Shown here one piece after another: positions 18,355 to 28,205 of a stretch of 50,401 nt of DNA. The stretch's first letter is position 1. Each line of letters starts with the position of its first letter. Position numbers and translations under genes: made by a program. The notes beneath the pieces are model-generated. The model saw only the letters and a program-made list of their open reading frames with translations. It did no database searches and was not told the DNA's origin. Source of the stretch: Patescibacteria group bacterium (lineage in GTDB: Bacteria; Patescibacteriota; Patescibacteriia; 2-01-FULL-39-33); NCBI GenBank assembly GCA_041671305.1, contig JBAZBX010000004.1, positions 1-50,401 of the forward strand, given 5' to 3'.

Positions 18355-19809
18355 ATGCAAAGAATTTCTGTAACGGAGGTGGCTAGCAAGGTGGGACAGG
18401 AGGTGTTAATTAAAGGCTGGGTGCATACCCGTCGTGATCATGGAAAATTGATATTTATTGATGTGCGCGATAGAAGCGGAATTTTGCAAGTGGTATTTAT
18501 TCCCTCAAACAAGGAAGCTCATGAATTAGCTCAGAAACTGCGAAGTGAATTCGTGGTAGCTATCAAGGGTCAGATCAATGAAAGACCAGCCAATATGGTC
18601 AATGAAAATATTGCTACCGGTAAGGTGGAAATGTTGGCTTTAGAATTAGAAATTATCAATGAAGCCAAAACTCCGCCATTTGCTATCGATCAGGACACTA
18701 AAGAAGTAAATGAAGAATTAAGACTTAAATACCGTTATTTGGATTTGAGGACTTTGCGCATGACTCGCAATATGGTGATGCGGTCAAAAGTTACTAAATT
18801 CTTCCGTGATTATTTGTACGATAATGATTTTTTGGAAATAGAAACTCCAATTTTGACCAAGGGCACGCCAGAGGGTGCTAGAGAATTTATGGTGCCGTCC
18901 CGTATTTATCCTGGAAAGTTCTATGTGTTACCTCAATCACCACAGCAGTTCAAGCAATTACTGATGGTGGCTGGCGCAGAGAAATATTTTCAGGTTTCTA
19001 GATGTTTCCGTGATGAAGATACGAGAGGTGATAGGCAAGCTGAATTTACTCAGTTGGATATTGAGATGAGTTTTGTGGAGCAAGAAGACGTTTTTCAATT
19101 AATTGAACCTATGATGATTAAGCTGGTTGAAGATCTGTATCCTGAGAAAAAAATTACAGCCAAACCGTTTCCAAGATTGACATACGCAGAGTGCATGGAG
19201 AAATATAATACCGATAAGCCGGATTTGAGAGTAAATAAGGAAGATCTTGATGAATTGGCTTTTATGTGGTTGATTGATGTGCCAATGTTTAAGTACAGTG
19301 AAAAGGAAAAGAAATTAGTGGCGGCTCATCATCCATTTACTATGCCGAATTTGGAAGATATGAAAGCGTACCCAGACGAACCAAGAAAATGGCGTTCTTA
19401 TGGTTATGATTTAGTTTTGAATGGTTATGAAGTGGCCGGCGGGTCTATTAGAATTCATTTGCGTGATGTTCAACAGAAGATATTTGAATTATTGGGTGTT
19501 GGCGAAGAAGAAATAAAAAATCGTTTTGGCCATATGCTTGAAGCGTTTGAATTCGGCGCTCCTCCACATGGTGGTATTGCTCCAGGAGTTGATCGCTTGA
19601 TGATGATTTTGAATAATGAGGAAAATATTCGCGAAACAATTGTTTTTCCAAAGACAGGCGATTCCCGAGATTTGATGATGGATGCTCCAAATTATACCAG
19701 CAAGAAAGCTTTGAGTGAGGCTCATATCCAAATTGCTGATGAAACGATTGCGGAAGCCAAGAAGAAAGGAGAAAATTTATTTGGTGAGCAGACTGAAATG
19801 GCTGATTAG
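18355..19809 (+). CDS. aspS: Aspartyl-tRNA synthetase, bacterial-type core lacking the GAD insertion domain
   Basis: QSPQQFKQLLM, FRDEDTRGDRQAEFTQLDIEMSF, DKPDLR, HHPFTMP and GGSIRIH...PPHGGIAPGVDR motifs. Only 484 aa. Confidence 0.95.
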   Translation: MQRISVTEVASKVGQEVLIKGWVHTRRDHGKLIFIDVRDRSGILQVVFIPSNKEAHELAQKLRSEFVVAIKGQINERPANMVNENIATGKVEMLALELEIINEAKTPPFAIDQDTKEVNEELRLKYRYLDLRTLRMTRNMVMRSKVTKFFRDYLYDNDFLEIETPILTKGTPEGAREFMVPSRIYPGKFYVLPQSPQQFKQLLMVAGAEKYFQVSRCFRDEDTRGDRQAEFTQLDIEMSFVEQEDVFQLIEPMMIKLVEDLYPEKKITAKPFPRLTYAECMEKYNTDKPDLRVNKEDLDELAFMWLIDVPMFKYSEKEKKLVAAHHPFTMPNLEDMKAYPDEPRKWRSYGYDLVLNGYEVAGGSIRIHLRDVQQKIFELLGVGEEEIKNRFGHMLEAFEFGAPPHGGIAPGVDRLMMILNNEENIRETIVFPKTGDSRDLMMDAPNYTSKKALSEAHIQIADETIAEAKKKGENLFGEQTEMAD

Positions 19810-19843
19810 ATTAATTAAGAATTATTAATTAAAATTATAAAAA

Positions 19844-20524
19844 ATGGAAACTCAAAAGATTTGGATTACTGCTATCATCATAGCAATAATTGTTGTGGCT
19901 TTGGGTGGGTTGGGCTTGTATGCCAGTCAAATGGCGCAGGTTAACACCTTAAGGCAAGAAGTAACTTCAGCTGTTGAACAGCAAAGTTTGGCTATCAGTC
20001 AATTATCTTCTCAAATTGGAGAGTTGAAAAAAACCGATACTGTTTCCACTCCAGATAATTCTTTAGCATCACCTGTTATGCCGCAAACAAATATTGGAAG
20101 TAGTACGATAGAAACCGTTAAACAATTATCTTTTACTAATATTAATGGTGGGTATAGTTTCCAATATGCTAATGATTGGAAGACTTTTGTTAATCGTTAT
20201 AATCCAGCTGGAACACTTTTTGGGGAAAAGGCTAATGCTGCTGTTGGTTTGGGTGGGGTTGAAGTCACAACATTTGCCGGAGATCTCAATGATTGGTTGC
20301 GACATCTTGAAGCGAATACCGAGATTAGTTTTATTAGTCAAAGTTTTATAAAAGTTGATGGAGCAGATGCGGTAAAAGTCACACTTAAGTCGTTGGCTGG
20401 AACCGCAAACTCAGTTTATATTAGAAATAATGGTAAAATATTTAATGTCTATATAAATAGTAATAATGCTCAAGATTTAGTTAAATTCAATCAAATAGTT
20501 GGTTCATTTAAATTTGTTAAATAA
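19844..20524 (+). CDS. Hypothetical membrane-anchored exported protein
   Basis: N-terminal TM (IWITAIIIAIIVVALGGLGLY), then a coiled-coil-like segment and a beta-rich C-terminal part. No family recognised. Confidence 0.6.
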   Translation: METQKIWITAIIIAIIVVALGGLGLYASQMAQVNTLRQEVTSAVEQQSLAISQLSSQIGELKKTDTVSTPDNSLASPVMPQTNIGSSTIETVKQLSFTNINGGYSFQYANDWKTFVNRYNPAGTLFGEKANAAVGLGGVEVTTFAGDLNDWLRHLEANTEISFISQSFIKVDGADAVKVTLKSLAGTANSVYIRNNGKIFNVYINSNNAQDLVKFNQIVGSFKFVK

Positions 20525-20583
20525 TTTTTGGTTTATAATAGTGGCCATAAAAATTTTGTGGCCGCAAATGATAAACTAAATTT

Positions 20584-21063
20584 ATGAAAAAAATCACCAC
20601 AATTTTGCTGATAGTTTCGGTTATTATTTTGGCATTGATTATTGTTGCTACCGGTTTAATAATTCTTCGTGGCAATGAAGACACTTGGATTTGTGTTAAT
20701 GATCAATGGGTCAAGCATGGCAATCCTAGATCTCCTCAGCCTCTTCATGATGAATCTTGTCCGGGTATTACTGCTTGTACTATGGAAGCAAAAATTTGTC
20801 CGGATGGCTCATCTGTCGGACGAACTGGTGCTAATTGCGAATTTGCAGAGTGTCCGGCAACTTCTACTACTCAAATGGCGAACCCTGCATCCGTTTATTG
20901 TAAAGATAATGGAGGAAAATTAGAAATTAGAAATGAAGAGAATGGGCAAGTAGGTTATTGTAAATTTAATGACGGTTCGCAGTGTGAAGAGTGGGCGTTT
21001 ATGAGAGGAGAATGTCAAAAAGGTGGAAAACAAAATTCGACATCAACTCAAAATAATCGATAA
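20584..21063 (+). CDS. Membrane-anchored Cys-rich protein with DUF333-like C-terminal domain
   Basis: N-terminal TM. NPASVYCKDNGGKLEI...GYCKFNDGSQCEEWAFMRGEC resembles DUF333 (COG3042). Confidence 0.7.
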   Translation: MKKITTILLIVSVIILALIIVATGLIILRGNEDTWICVNDQWVKHGNPRSPQPLHDESCPGITACTMEAKICPDGSSVGRTGANCEFAECPATSTTQMANPASVYCKDNGGKLEIRNEENGQVGYCKFNDGSQCEEWAFMRGECQKGGKQNSTSTQNNR

Positions 21064-21091
21064 ATATAAATCATAGGAAGGTGACAAATTT

Positions 21092-21766
21092 ATGAGATTA
21101 ACTCTCAAAGAAGTCAAAAAAAATGCTAAAATTAGCAATTTCCTCAGCCAAACTGAAATATATTTGGATGCAATGGGATTTACTGACCATGGCCTTAGGC
21201 ATGTGGGAATTGTTTCGGGAAGATCACAAGAATTAGCCTTGAAGATAGGTCTCAATAAAAGAGACCAGGAATTGGTGGCTATTGCCGGCTGGTGCCATGA
21301 TATGGGAAATTTCCTGGGTCGCACAGATCACCATTATCTAGCGGCTACGCTTTTTGCTCAGGTTTATCTGGAGAAAACAAGTAACGTCAACGAGGTTTCT
21401 AGGATAATGCAAGCTATTGCCAGCCATGACAAAGATGAGTTGAAGCTAGTTGATGACATTTCAGCGGTTCTTATTATTGCTGACAAATCAGACGTGCACA
21501 GAAGCAGGGTTAAGCACTATAAATCTCGTGACAAATTAGGAGAAAACGATATCCATGATCGGGTTAATTATGCCTCCACTTACAATCAATTGTTAATTAG
21601 CAAATCCAAAAAAGAGATAGTGCTTCGGGTGAAAATTGATACCAAAGTGGCCAAGCCCATGGAATATTTTGAAATTTTTAATGATCGCATGATTTTTTGC
21701 GAGACAGCAGCCAAATATCTTGGATATAATTTTGTGCTTATTATAAATAATTTTAAACTTAGCTAA
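21092..21766 (+). CDS. HD-domain phosphohydrolase
   Basis: GLRHV...AGWCHDMGN...ASHDK arrangement (H...HD...D). Confidence 0.8.
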   Translation: MRLTLKEVKKNAKISNFLSQTEIYLDAMGFTDHGLRHVGIVSGRSQELALKIGLNKRDQELVAIAGWCHDMGNFLGRTDHHYLAATLFAQVYLEKTSNVNEVSRIMQAIASHDKDELKLVDDISAVLIIADKSDVHRSRVKHYKSRDKLGENDIHDRVNYASTYNQLLISKSKKEIVLRVKIDTKVAKPMEYFEIFNDRMIFCETAAKYLGYNFVLIINNFKLS

Positions 21767-21773
21767 CAAAACT

Positions 21774-22706
21774 ATGGAAAAAGAAATGCAAAACAGCCAT
21801 AAGGGCAAAGGCGCTTTGGACGCTTTTCTTAATTTGTTGCAGTTAATTACTTTGGGTTGGTTATCGTTTTCTATCGGAAGTGTGTTTTTTAATATTATAA
21901 ATAAGTATTTCGGTTCAATTCAATTCGGATCGCAGATGGATTTGGTATTTCAAAGCGCTACCAAGACTGGTATTGCCTCGTCTATAATTGTCTTGCCGAT
22001 TTTTTTGGTGATAATTAGCGTGCTCCACAGCGAATACAAAAAAGATAAATTAGATCATAACAGTGGTATTTATAGATGGCTGACATATCTGATGCTTTTG
22101 GTCTCGGCGTTGACTATTATTGGTTCTTTGGTGGCGCTGCTGGTAAATTTCCTCAATGGCGAATATACGGCTAATATAATTTTGAAAATACTTGTTGTAC
22201 TGCTTATTGCTTTGGGTATTTTTGGATTTTATGGCTATGACCTGAGGCGTAAGAGTTTCAAGAAAAAAAGCATAATTTCTATGATTGCTTTTGCTTTGGT
22301 AATTATTATTGGCGTGGGAGCGATTGGCTGGGGGTTATTTCTGGTAGATTCGCCCAAGGTGACCAAGATGAAAAAGTTTGACCTTCAAAGAGCCCAAGAT
22401 TTAGATAGCATAAATTCCTTGGTAGTTTACGGTTATGCCACCGACAAGAAGTTGCCCGATTATTTTCCTAGGATGGCAAATTATAAAGATCCAGCTACCG
22501 GCAAGCCTTATGAGTATAAAATTTTAGGTTCGGATCAATATGAAATCTGCGCTAATTTTTCTTTGCCGGTTTCCAGCGTAGAATATCCCGGGCAACCCAA
22601 GTGGTATATGCATTTGGCTGGTAGGCAGTGTTTTCAAGAAAAAATTAATCCCGATGATATAAAAAATTTAGTGCCCGATCAGGCGGCTAAAATTATTAAT
22701 AATTAA
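21774..22706 (+). CDS. Multi-pass membrane protein (DUF5671-like), hypothetical
   Basis: 310 aa with about 6 hydrophobic helices and a soluble C-terminal domain. The family assignment is from memory and is tentative. Confidence 0.6.
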   Translation: MEKEMQNSHKGKGALDAFLNLLQLITLGWLSFSIGSVFFNIINKYFGSIQFGSQMDLVFQSATKTGIASSIIVLPIFLVIISVLHSEYKKDKLDHNSGIYRWLTYLMLLVSALTIIGSLVALLVNFLNGEYTANIILKILVVLLIALGIFGFYGYDLRRKSFKKKSIISMIAFALVIIIGVGAIGWGLFLVDSPKVTKMKKFDLQRAQDLDSINSLVVYGYATDKKLPDYFPRMANYKDPATGKPYEYKILGSDQYEICANFSLPVSSVEYPGQPKWYMHLAGRQCFQEKINPDDIKNLVPDQAAKIINN

Positions 22707-22723
22707 TCGGTTTATAAAAATAT

Positions 22724-23371
22724 ATGTCTATTTCAAAAACGTTAAAAAATTATCTAGACAAGAATCAGATTGATTATGAGGAGTTGGCTCATAAGACGGT
22801 TTATACTGCCTATGACGCTGCTCAGACATTAAAAAAAGAACTCAAGGAAATCGCTAAAAATTTGCTGATTCAGGCAGATAAAACTTTTGTCTTGGTGGTT
22901 ATTCCGGCGGACAAAAAGTTGCATTTGGAAAAATTGAAAAAAGCTCTTGGCGCCAAGAAAATTTCTATTCCCAAAGAACAAATAATGGTCAAAATTTTGA
23001 AGATAAAACCAGGTGCCTTGTCTTCGTTTGGCAAGCTTCATAAATTGGAAACCGTGGTGGATAAAACCATGTTGCAGACCAAAAAGGCCGTGCTTAGCGC
23101 CGGGTCATTTACGGATAGTATATTTATGAAAGTAAAAGATTTTGTGCAGTTAGAAGAAGCTAAGTTGGCTGATATTGCCATGGGTGGCGGATACAAAGTG
23201 CCAAAGCCGATGAAAAAAATAATGAAAAAGGTAAAGAAGGCAGTTGGCAAAAAACCAGCAAAGAAAGGCGCAAAAAAAGTTATCAAGAAAACAGTCAAAA
23301 AGGTGATTAAAAAACCGGTAAAGAAAGTGATTAAGAAAGTTATCAAGAAAACAACGAAGAAAAAGAGATAA
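22724..23371 (+). CDS. YbaK/aminoacyl-tRNA editing-domain protein with lysine-rich repeat tail
   Basis: The N-terminal ~150 aa are YbaK/ProX-like (KNLLIQADKTFVLVVIPADKKL...KPGALSSFG). The C-terminus carries KKVIKKTVKKVIKKPVKKVIKKVIKK repeats. Confidence 0.75.
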   Translation: MSISKTLKNYLDKNQIDYEELAHKTVYTAYDAAQTLKKELKEIAKNLLIQADKTFVLVVIPADKKLHLEKLKKALGAKKISIPKEQIMVKILKIKPGALSSFGKLHKLETVVDKTMLQTKKAVLSAGSFTDSIFMKVKDFVQLEEAKLADIAMGGGYKVPKPMKKIMKKVKKAVGKKPAKKGAKKVIKKTVKKVIKKPVKKVIKKVIKKTTKKKR

Positions 23372-23372
23372 A

Positions 23373-24071
23373 ATGTATAAAATAGAATTGGAACAATTCA
23401 GTGGGCCATTGGATTTACTGCTTCAACTAATTGAAGGACAAAAATTAGATATTTCTTCAGTCGCTTTGGCTGATGTAACCGATCAATATCTAGCCTATCT
23501 TGATGCCCATCCAAATATTCCAGCACAAGATCTAGCCGATTTTCTAGTTATTGCTACCAAGCTTTTGGTGATTAAGTCAAGAACTCTTCTGCCTCAGGTG
23601 GAGGAAGACGAGGATGATATGGCTGGAGATTTGGAATTACAGCTCAAGATGTACAAAGAATATTTGGACGCTTCCAAGAAAATAGAGAAGATAATTTCTG
23701 AAAAGCATTTTTGTTTCACCAGGGAAAGAGTTGCTTATAATTTTGAACCGTCTTTTTCTCCGCCGGAAAATGTTTCCGTGGATAATTTGAGAGATGTGTA
23801 TCTGGAAATAATCAAGCGCGTTGATTACGTGGTTAATTTGCCTCAGAGAGTAATGGAGAGGGTAGTCAGTTTATCGGAAATGGTGACTCATATCAGACAG
23901 AAATTGACTGAATTTCAGAAAACGGACTTTAGAAGCATGATCACTCATGCTACTTGTAAAGCAGATGTGGTTGTTTGCTTTATGGCTTTGTTGGAACTTA
24001 TCAAAAGCGGGGAGGCGATTGTAGACCAAGGCAGTATCTTTGATGAAATTACCATTGAAAAAATAAATTAA
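23373..24071 (+). CDS. scpA: Segregation and condensation protein A
   Basis: FSGPLDLLLQLIEGQKLDISSVALADVTDQYL motif. Confidence 0.92.
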   Translation: MYKIELEQFSGPLDLLLQLIEGQKLDISSVALADVTDQYLAYLDAHPNIPAQDLADFLVIATKLLVIKSRTLLPQVEEDEDDMAGDLELQLKMYKEYLDASKKIEKIISEKHFCFTRERVAYNFEPSFSPPENVSVDNLRDVYLEIIKRVDYVVNLPQRVMERVVSLSEMVTHIRQKLTEFQKTDFRSMITHATCKADVVVCFMALLELIKSGEAIVDQGSIFDEITIEKIN

Positions 24072-24073
24072 AT

Positions 24074-24664
24074 ATGGAAACCATAGAATTAAAAAATAAA
24101 ATAGAATCCCTTCTTTTTATTTCACATAAGCCGATTACTGTTTCGGAAGTAGCCAAGATTATGGGAATAGAGAAAAAAGAAGTTGAAGATGTCATAAATA
24201 TTCTTGCTCAAGAATATCAAGAGAAAAACAGCGGAATTCAGATTATCCATGCTGATGGTAAGTTTCAAATGGCTTCAAGTAGCGGTTCCAGCGAGATTGT
24301 TTCCAAATTTTTGAAAAGTGAAATTACGGGAGAACTCACTAGGCCGTCCCTTGAGACGTTGACTATTATCGCCTATAGAGGGCCGATTTCTAAGACGGAA
24401 TTGGAACTTCTTCGTGGCGTGAATTGCAGTTTGATTCTGCGCAATCTGCTTATGAGAGGGCTTATTGAAGGTCATGATGACAAACTAGCTGGAGTTACTA
24501 AATATACAATAACTTTGGATTTTCTTAAACATTTGGGCATGAGTCAGATAAGTGAATTGCCCGATTATGATCGCTTGAATAAAAATAATAATTTGGATAA
24601 ATTATTAAACGGTTTGGGTGAGGAAAATAAGGAGATAAAAGAAGAATTAGAAATAAAAGATTAA
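24074..24664 (+). CDS. scpB: Segregation and condensation protein B
   Basis: IESLLFISHKPITVSEVAKIMG and winged-helix repeats. Follows scpA. Confidence 0.92.
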   Translation: METIELKNKIESLLFISHKPITVSEVAKIMGIEKKEVEDVINILAQEYQEKNSGIQIIHADGKFQMASSSGSSEIVSKFLKSEITGELTRPSLETLTIIAYRGPISKTELELLRGVNCSLILRNLLMRGLIEGHDDKLAGVTKYTITLDFLKHLGMSQISELPDYDRLNKNNNLDKLLNGLGEENKEIKEELEIKD

Positions 24665-24666
24665 TT

Positions 24667-25596
24667 ATGTTAGAAGCGTTGGTTAATGCTATTTTTGCCT
24701 CTCTGTTCTTTCAGGCGCAGGCAGCAAGACAAGTTATAGATTCACAAAGCAGTGCTTACGTGGTCACTTTGCCCAAATCCAGTGAAAGAATGGCAATGAA
24801 GATTCCAACTAGAATTCCCAATGATAATCTGGGTGTAAAATTAAGCGCCAGAAGCGCTTATGCGATTGATGAAAAAACCGGCCAAGTTTTGTATGCCAAA
24901 AATTATGATGAGGTGCGTTCTATTGCCAGTATTACCAAGCTTATGACGGCTTTGGTTTTTTGGGAGCATAATCCGGGATTAGATAAGGAAATAGAGGTTA
25001 CGGCTGATGATTCTAGGACGGGCAATACGGTCTATTTGCATGTTGGTGATAAAATTAAGATAAAAGATGTTTTTTACACTATGCTTATTGCATCTTCCAA
25101 TGAAGCGGCCGTGACCTTGGCTAGATCTACGGGTATGAGTCAAGAGCAGTTTGTGGAAGCTATGAACCAAAAGGCAAGGTCTTTGGGTATGACAAAAACT
25201 CGTTTTGAAGATCCATCAGGACTAAACTCTGGCAACAAATCTACTGCACAAGATTTGGTAAAATTAATCAAAGCCTCTTTTGCTAATCCAGAAATAGTGT
25301 CGGCTGTTTCCAAGGAAAGTTATGAATTTCAGGAATTAGGAACAAATACAGCTAGAAAGATATCCAGTACGGATAAAATTCTTGGCGATGAATTTGGCTA
25401 CAAATCGGATACTTACAAAATTATAGGAGGCAAGACTGGCTATCTTGGTGTGGCGGGTTATTGTTTTGCCAGTAAAATTTCTAATCAGAATGGTAATAAT
25501 ATAATTTCAGCCGTTTTGGGAAGCGATACGATTGATAATCGTTTTTTGGATACGAAGAGTCTGGCTTATTGGGTTTTTAATAACTATATTTGGTAA
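24667..25596 (+). CDS. D-alanyl-D-alanine carboxypeptidase (peptidase S11)
   Basis: SIASITKLMT (SxxK), SSNEAA (SxN) and KTGY (KTG) motifs. Confidence 0.9.
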   Translation: MLEALVNAIFASLFFQAQAARQVIDSQSSAYVVTLPKSSERMAMKIPTRIPNDNLGVKLSARSAYAIDEKTGQVLYAKNYDEVRSIASITKLMTALVFWEHNPGLDKEIEVTADDSRTGNTVYLHVGDKIKIKDVFYTMLIASSNEAAVTLARSTGMSQEQFVEAMNQKARSLGMTKTRFEDPSGLNSGNKSTAQDLVKLIKASFANPEIVSAVSKESYEFQELGTNTARKISSTDKILGDEFGYKSDTYKIIGGKTGYLGVAGYCFASKISNQNGNNIISAVLGSDTIDNRFLDTKSLAYWVFNNYIW

Positions 25597-25600
25597 TAAA

Positions 25601-26353
25601 ATGAAAAAAATTATTATTGCTAATTGGAAAATGAATCTGACTCCAACTCAATCAGCTGATTTAGCGACGGAATTAAAAGAGAATCTAGGTGAAACCGATG
25701 ATAGTGAGGTCGTAATTTGTCCGTCGTTTTCTGCCATGTCGTTGGTTTCTGAACAGATCAAAAAATCAAACTTGATTTTGGGATCGCAGAATATTTCTTG
25801 GATGGAAAAAGGCGCTTTTACGGGAGAGGAGTCGGTTGGAAATGTCCAAGAGTTTGATTGCAAATACGCTATAGTTGGACACAGCGAGAGAAGGCAGAAT
25901 TTGGGAGAAACGGATGAAATGATAAATAAAAAAATTAGTATTTGCCTGAATGAGGGAATTACTCCGATTTTTTGCATTGGCGAAACATTTCAAGAGAAGC
26001 AGGATGGCACAACTGATCACAAGCTTTATGCTCAGATCAGAGAAGGATTGAAAAAGATTGATTTGTTGCCGCATGAAAACATGGTTGTGGCTTATGAGCC
26101 GATTTGGGCTATCGGAACCGGGCAGGCTATTACGCCAGCTGATGCCGAAAAAGCATTTAAACTTATTTATCAGAATTTGATTGACTTATGGCCTTTGACA
26201 ATAGTAAATAATAATGTCAGGATTATATATGGCGGAAGCGTGGATGAAAATAATTCTCAAGAATTTGCCCAAATTGATATGATAAATGGTTTTTTGGTCG
26301 GTGGCGCTAGTCTTAATTCAGATAAATTCTCTCAAATAATAAAAAATATTTAA
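25601..26353 (+). CDS. tpiA: Triosephosphate isomerase
   Basis: IIANWKMN, VGHSERR, AYEPIWAIGTG and YGGSV motifs. ATG at 25601; the tracked 25532 start is a TTG overlapping the previous gene. Confidence 0.96.
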   Translation: MKKIIIANWKMNLTPTQSADLATELKENLGETDDSEVVICPSFSAMSLVSEQIKKSNLILGSQNISWMEKGAFTGEESVGNVQEFDCKYAIVGHSERRQNLGETDEMINKKISICLNEGITPIFCIGETFQEKQDGTTDHKLYAQIREGLKKIDLLPHENMVVAYEPIWAIGTGQAITPADAEKAFKLIYQNLIDLWPLTIVNNNVRIIYGGSVDENNSQEFAQIDMINGFLVGGASLNSDKFSQIIKNI

Positions 26354-26354
26354 T

Positions 26355-27221
26355 ATGCTTGTCCACATTCAAAAAATATTGAAAAAGTCTCAAAAAGGGG
26401 GATATGCCATCGGAGCATTTAACACTTCAAATCTTGAAGTCACTTTGGGAATTTGCCGTGCAGCCGTCAAGAATCAATCTCCGATTATAATGCAGGTTTC
26501 CGAGGCGACCATAGAATATGCCGGTATAGACACGATCGTCGCTATTATTAATTCTATTGCCAAGGGTGAAGCCAAAGATATTCCTATGGCACTACATTTG
26601 GATCATGGACATAGCTTGGAAGTAATCAAAGAGTGTGTTAAGGCAGGATTTTCGTCGGTGCATATGGATGCCTCCACTTATCCTTATGAAGAAAATATCG
26701 CCATGACCAGGAAGGCCAGCGATTTTGCCCATCAATTTGGAGTCTGGACTCAGGGCGAATTGGGGAGCATGTTCGGCAAAGAAGGAATGTCCAAAGTTAA
26801 GTTGCCGGATGATCCTGATTCATTTATGACAGATCCAAATAAAGTAAAAGATTTTATCTCAAGATCAAAGATTGACACTTTGGCTGTTTCTATCGGCACT
26901 ATGCATGGTTCATTTGAGGGCAAGGAATTGATTGATTTTGCCCGCTTGGCAAAAATTAGAAAAAACACCAATAAGCCTTTGGTGCTTCATGGCGCTTCAG
27001 GAACCAAGGATTTTGAAATTAGAAAAGCCGTGAAGATGGGCATTAATATTATAAATATTGATACGGATATTAGAATTGCATTTACCAAGGCGTTACAGCA
27101 GACTCTTGGCAAGAAAATAAGTTTTTATGATCCGAGGAAAATTTTGGCGCCGTCTATTGAGGGAGTTTCCAAGGCTGTTGGCCACAAGATGATTGTTTTC
27201 AATTCCATTAGTAAGATTTAA
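26355..27221 (+). CDS. fba: Class II fructose-bisphosphate aldolase
   Basis: ALHLDHGHS, SVHMDAS and LVLHGASG motifs. Confidence 0.93.
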   Translation: MLVHIQKILKKSQKGGYAIGAFNTSNLEVTLGICRAAVKNQSPIIMQVSEATIEYAGIDTIVAIINSIAKGEAKDIPMALHLDHGHSLEVIKECVKAGFSSVHMDASTYPYEENIAMTRKASDFAHQFGVWTQGELGSMFGKEGMSKVKLPDDPDSFMTDPNKVKDFISRSKIDTLAVSIGTMHGSFEGKELIDFARLAKIRKNTNKPLVLHGASGTKDFEIRKAVKMGINIINIDTDIRIAFTKALQQTLGKKISFYDPRKILAPSIEGVSKAVGHKMIVFNSISKI

Positions 27222-27231
27222 TTCCATTAAA

Positions 27232-28092
27232 ATGATCACTATTATTATTTTGGCAATTTTAATTATTATCAGCGGGGGATATTTATTTTATCTTATTTTT
27301 CGCAAATTGCCTGATGTAAAAAATTTAGATATCAGTTCTATTCCGGATGAAAAGCAGGTAGAGGCAAGGTTAAAAATATTAGAATCAAAATTTTCTAGAA
27401 GTAGCAATGAGACCAAGGAAAGGCTAAGCAAAATATTTTCTCCCACTATCAAAAAAAGTTTTTCATTTTTTTCTGACATGAAAGATAGAATTCTATCTTT
27501 GGAAGCTCATTATAAAATGCGTGACAAAAAGCTGGTTGTGGAAAAACCAAAAACCATAGATGAGCTGATAAAAGAAGGATCAGAATTATTGAATAAAGAG
27601 GATTATCTTCTCTCTGAAAAAAGTTTGATTGAAGTTATCTCCAGAGATAGCAAAAATATCAAAGCTTACGAATTGTTGGGAGAATTGTATTTTGGTAATA
27701 AAAGCTATGATCAGGCTGAAGAAATATATATTTATCTCATCAAATTAAGCGCAGTAAATGATTCTGGCGGTGAAGGAGCCAAGGGTAAGAGACTGGAAGA
27801 TGCCGAAAATGACTTGTTGGATACAGTCAATGTCAATATTAAGATTGGTACGTACTATGATGATTTGGCGCAAATATATGAGATTGTGGATAAGATGGAT
27901 AAGTCCCTGGATTGTTATCTTAAGGCTAATATGATTGAGCCAAATAATCCCAAATATTTAGATAAGATTATAGAATTAAGCATCAAATTGGGAGATCGGT
28001 CTTTGGCCAAAAAGACACTCAATAGATTAAGGCAAATTAATCCTGAAAACGGCAAATTGAAGGACATGGAGTCAGCTATTGAAAATATTTGA
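27232..28092 (+). CDS. Membrane-anchored TPR-repeat protein
   Basis: N-terminal TM (ITIIILAILIIISGGYLFYLIF) and TPR-like repeats (AYELLGELYFGNKSYDQAEEIY..., LDCYLKANMIEPNNPKYL). ATG at 27232; the tracked start is a TTG. Confidence 0.75.
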   Translation: MITIIILAILIIISGGYLFYLIFRKLPDVKNLDISSIPDEKQVEARLKILESKFSRSSNETKERLSKIFSPTIKKSFSFFSDMKDRILSLEAHYKMRDKKLVVEKPKTIDELIKEGSELLNKEDYLLSEKSLIEVISRDSKNIKAYELLGELYFGNKSYDQAEEIYIYLIKLSAVNDSGGEGAKGKRLEDAENDLLDTVNVNIKIGTYYDDLAQIYEIVDKMDKSLDCYLKANMIEPNNPKYLDKIIELSIKLGDRSLAKKTLNRLRQINPENGKLKDMESAIENI

Positions 28093-28133
28093 TTATTTTG
28101 TTAGAATATAGAAGTCTTTTTTGTGAGTTTGGT

Positions 28134-28189
28134 GCCGTTGTACCTGCCCGCATTGCTATGCAAAGCGTTGCAGGCGGGGCTCAGTCGGA
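28134..28189 (+). pseudogene. Duplicated tRNA-Thr 5' fragment split by a 36-nt GC-rich palindrome
   Basis: GCCGTTGTA (28134-28142) and GCTCAGTCGG (28179-28188) together reproduce the first 19 nt of the tRNA at 28206 (GCCGTTGTAGCTCAGTCGG). Between them lies CCTGCCCGCATTGCTATGCAAAGCGTTGCAGGCGGG (28143-28178). Confidence 0.7.
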
Positions 28190-28205
28190 TATGAATTGAA
28201 AATTT

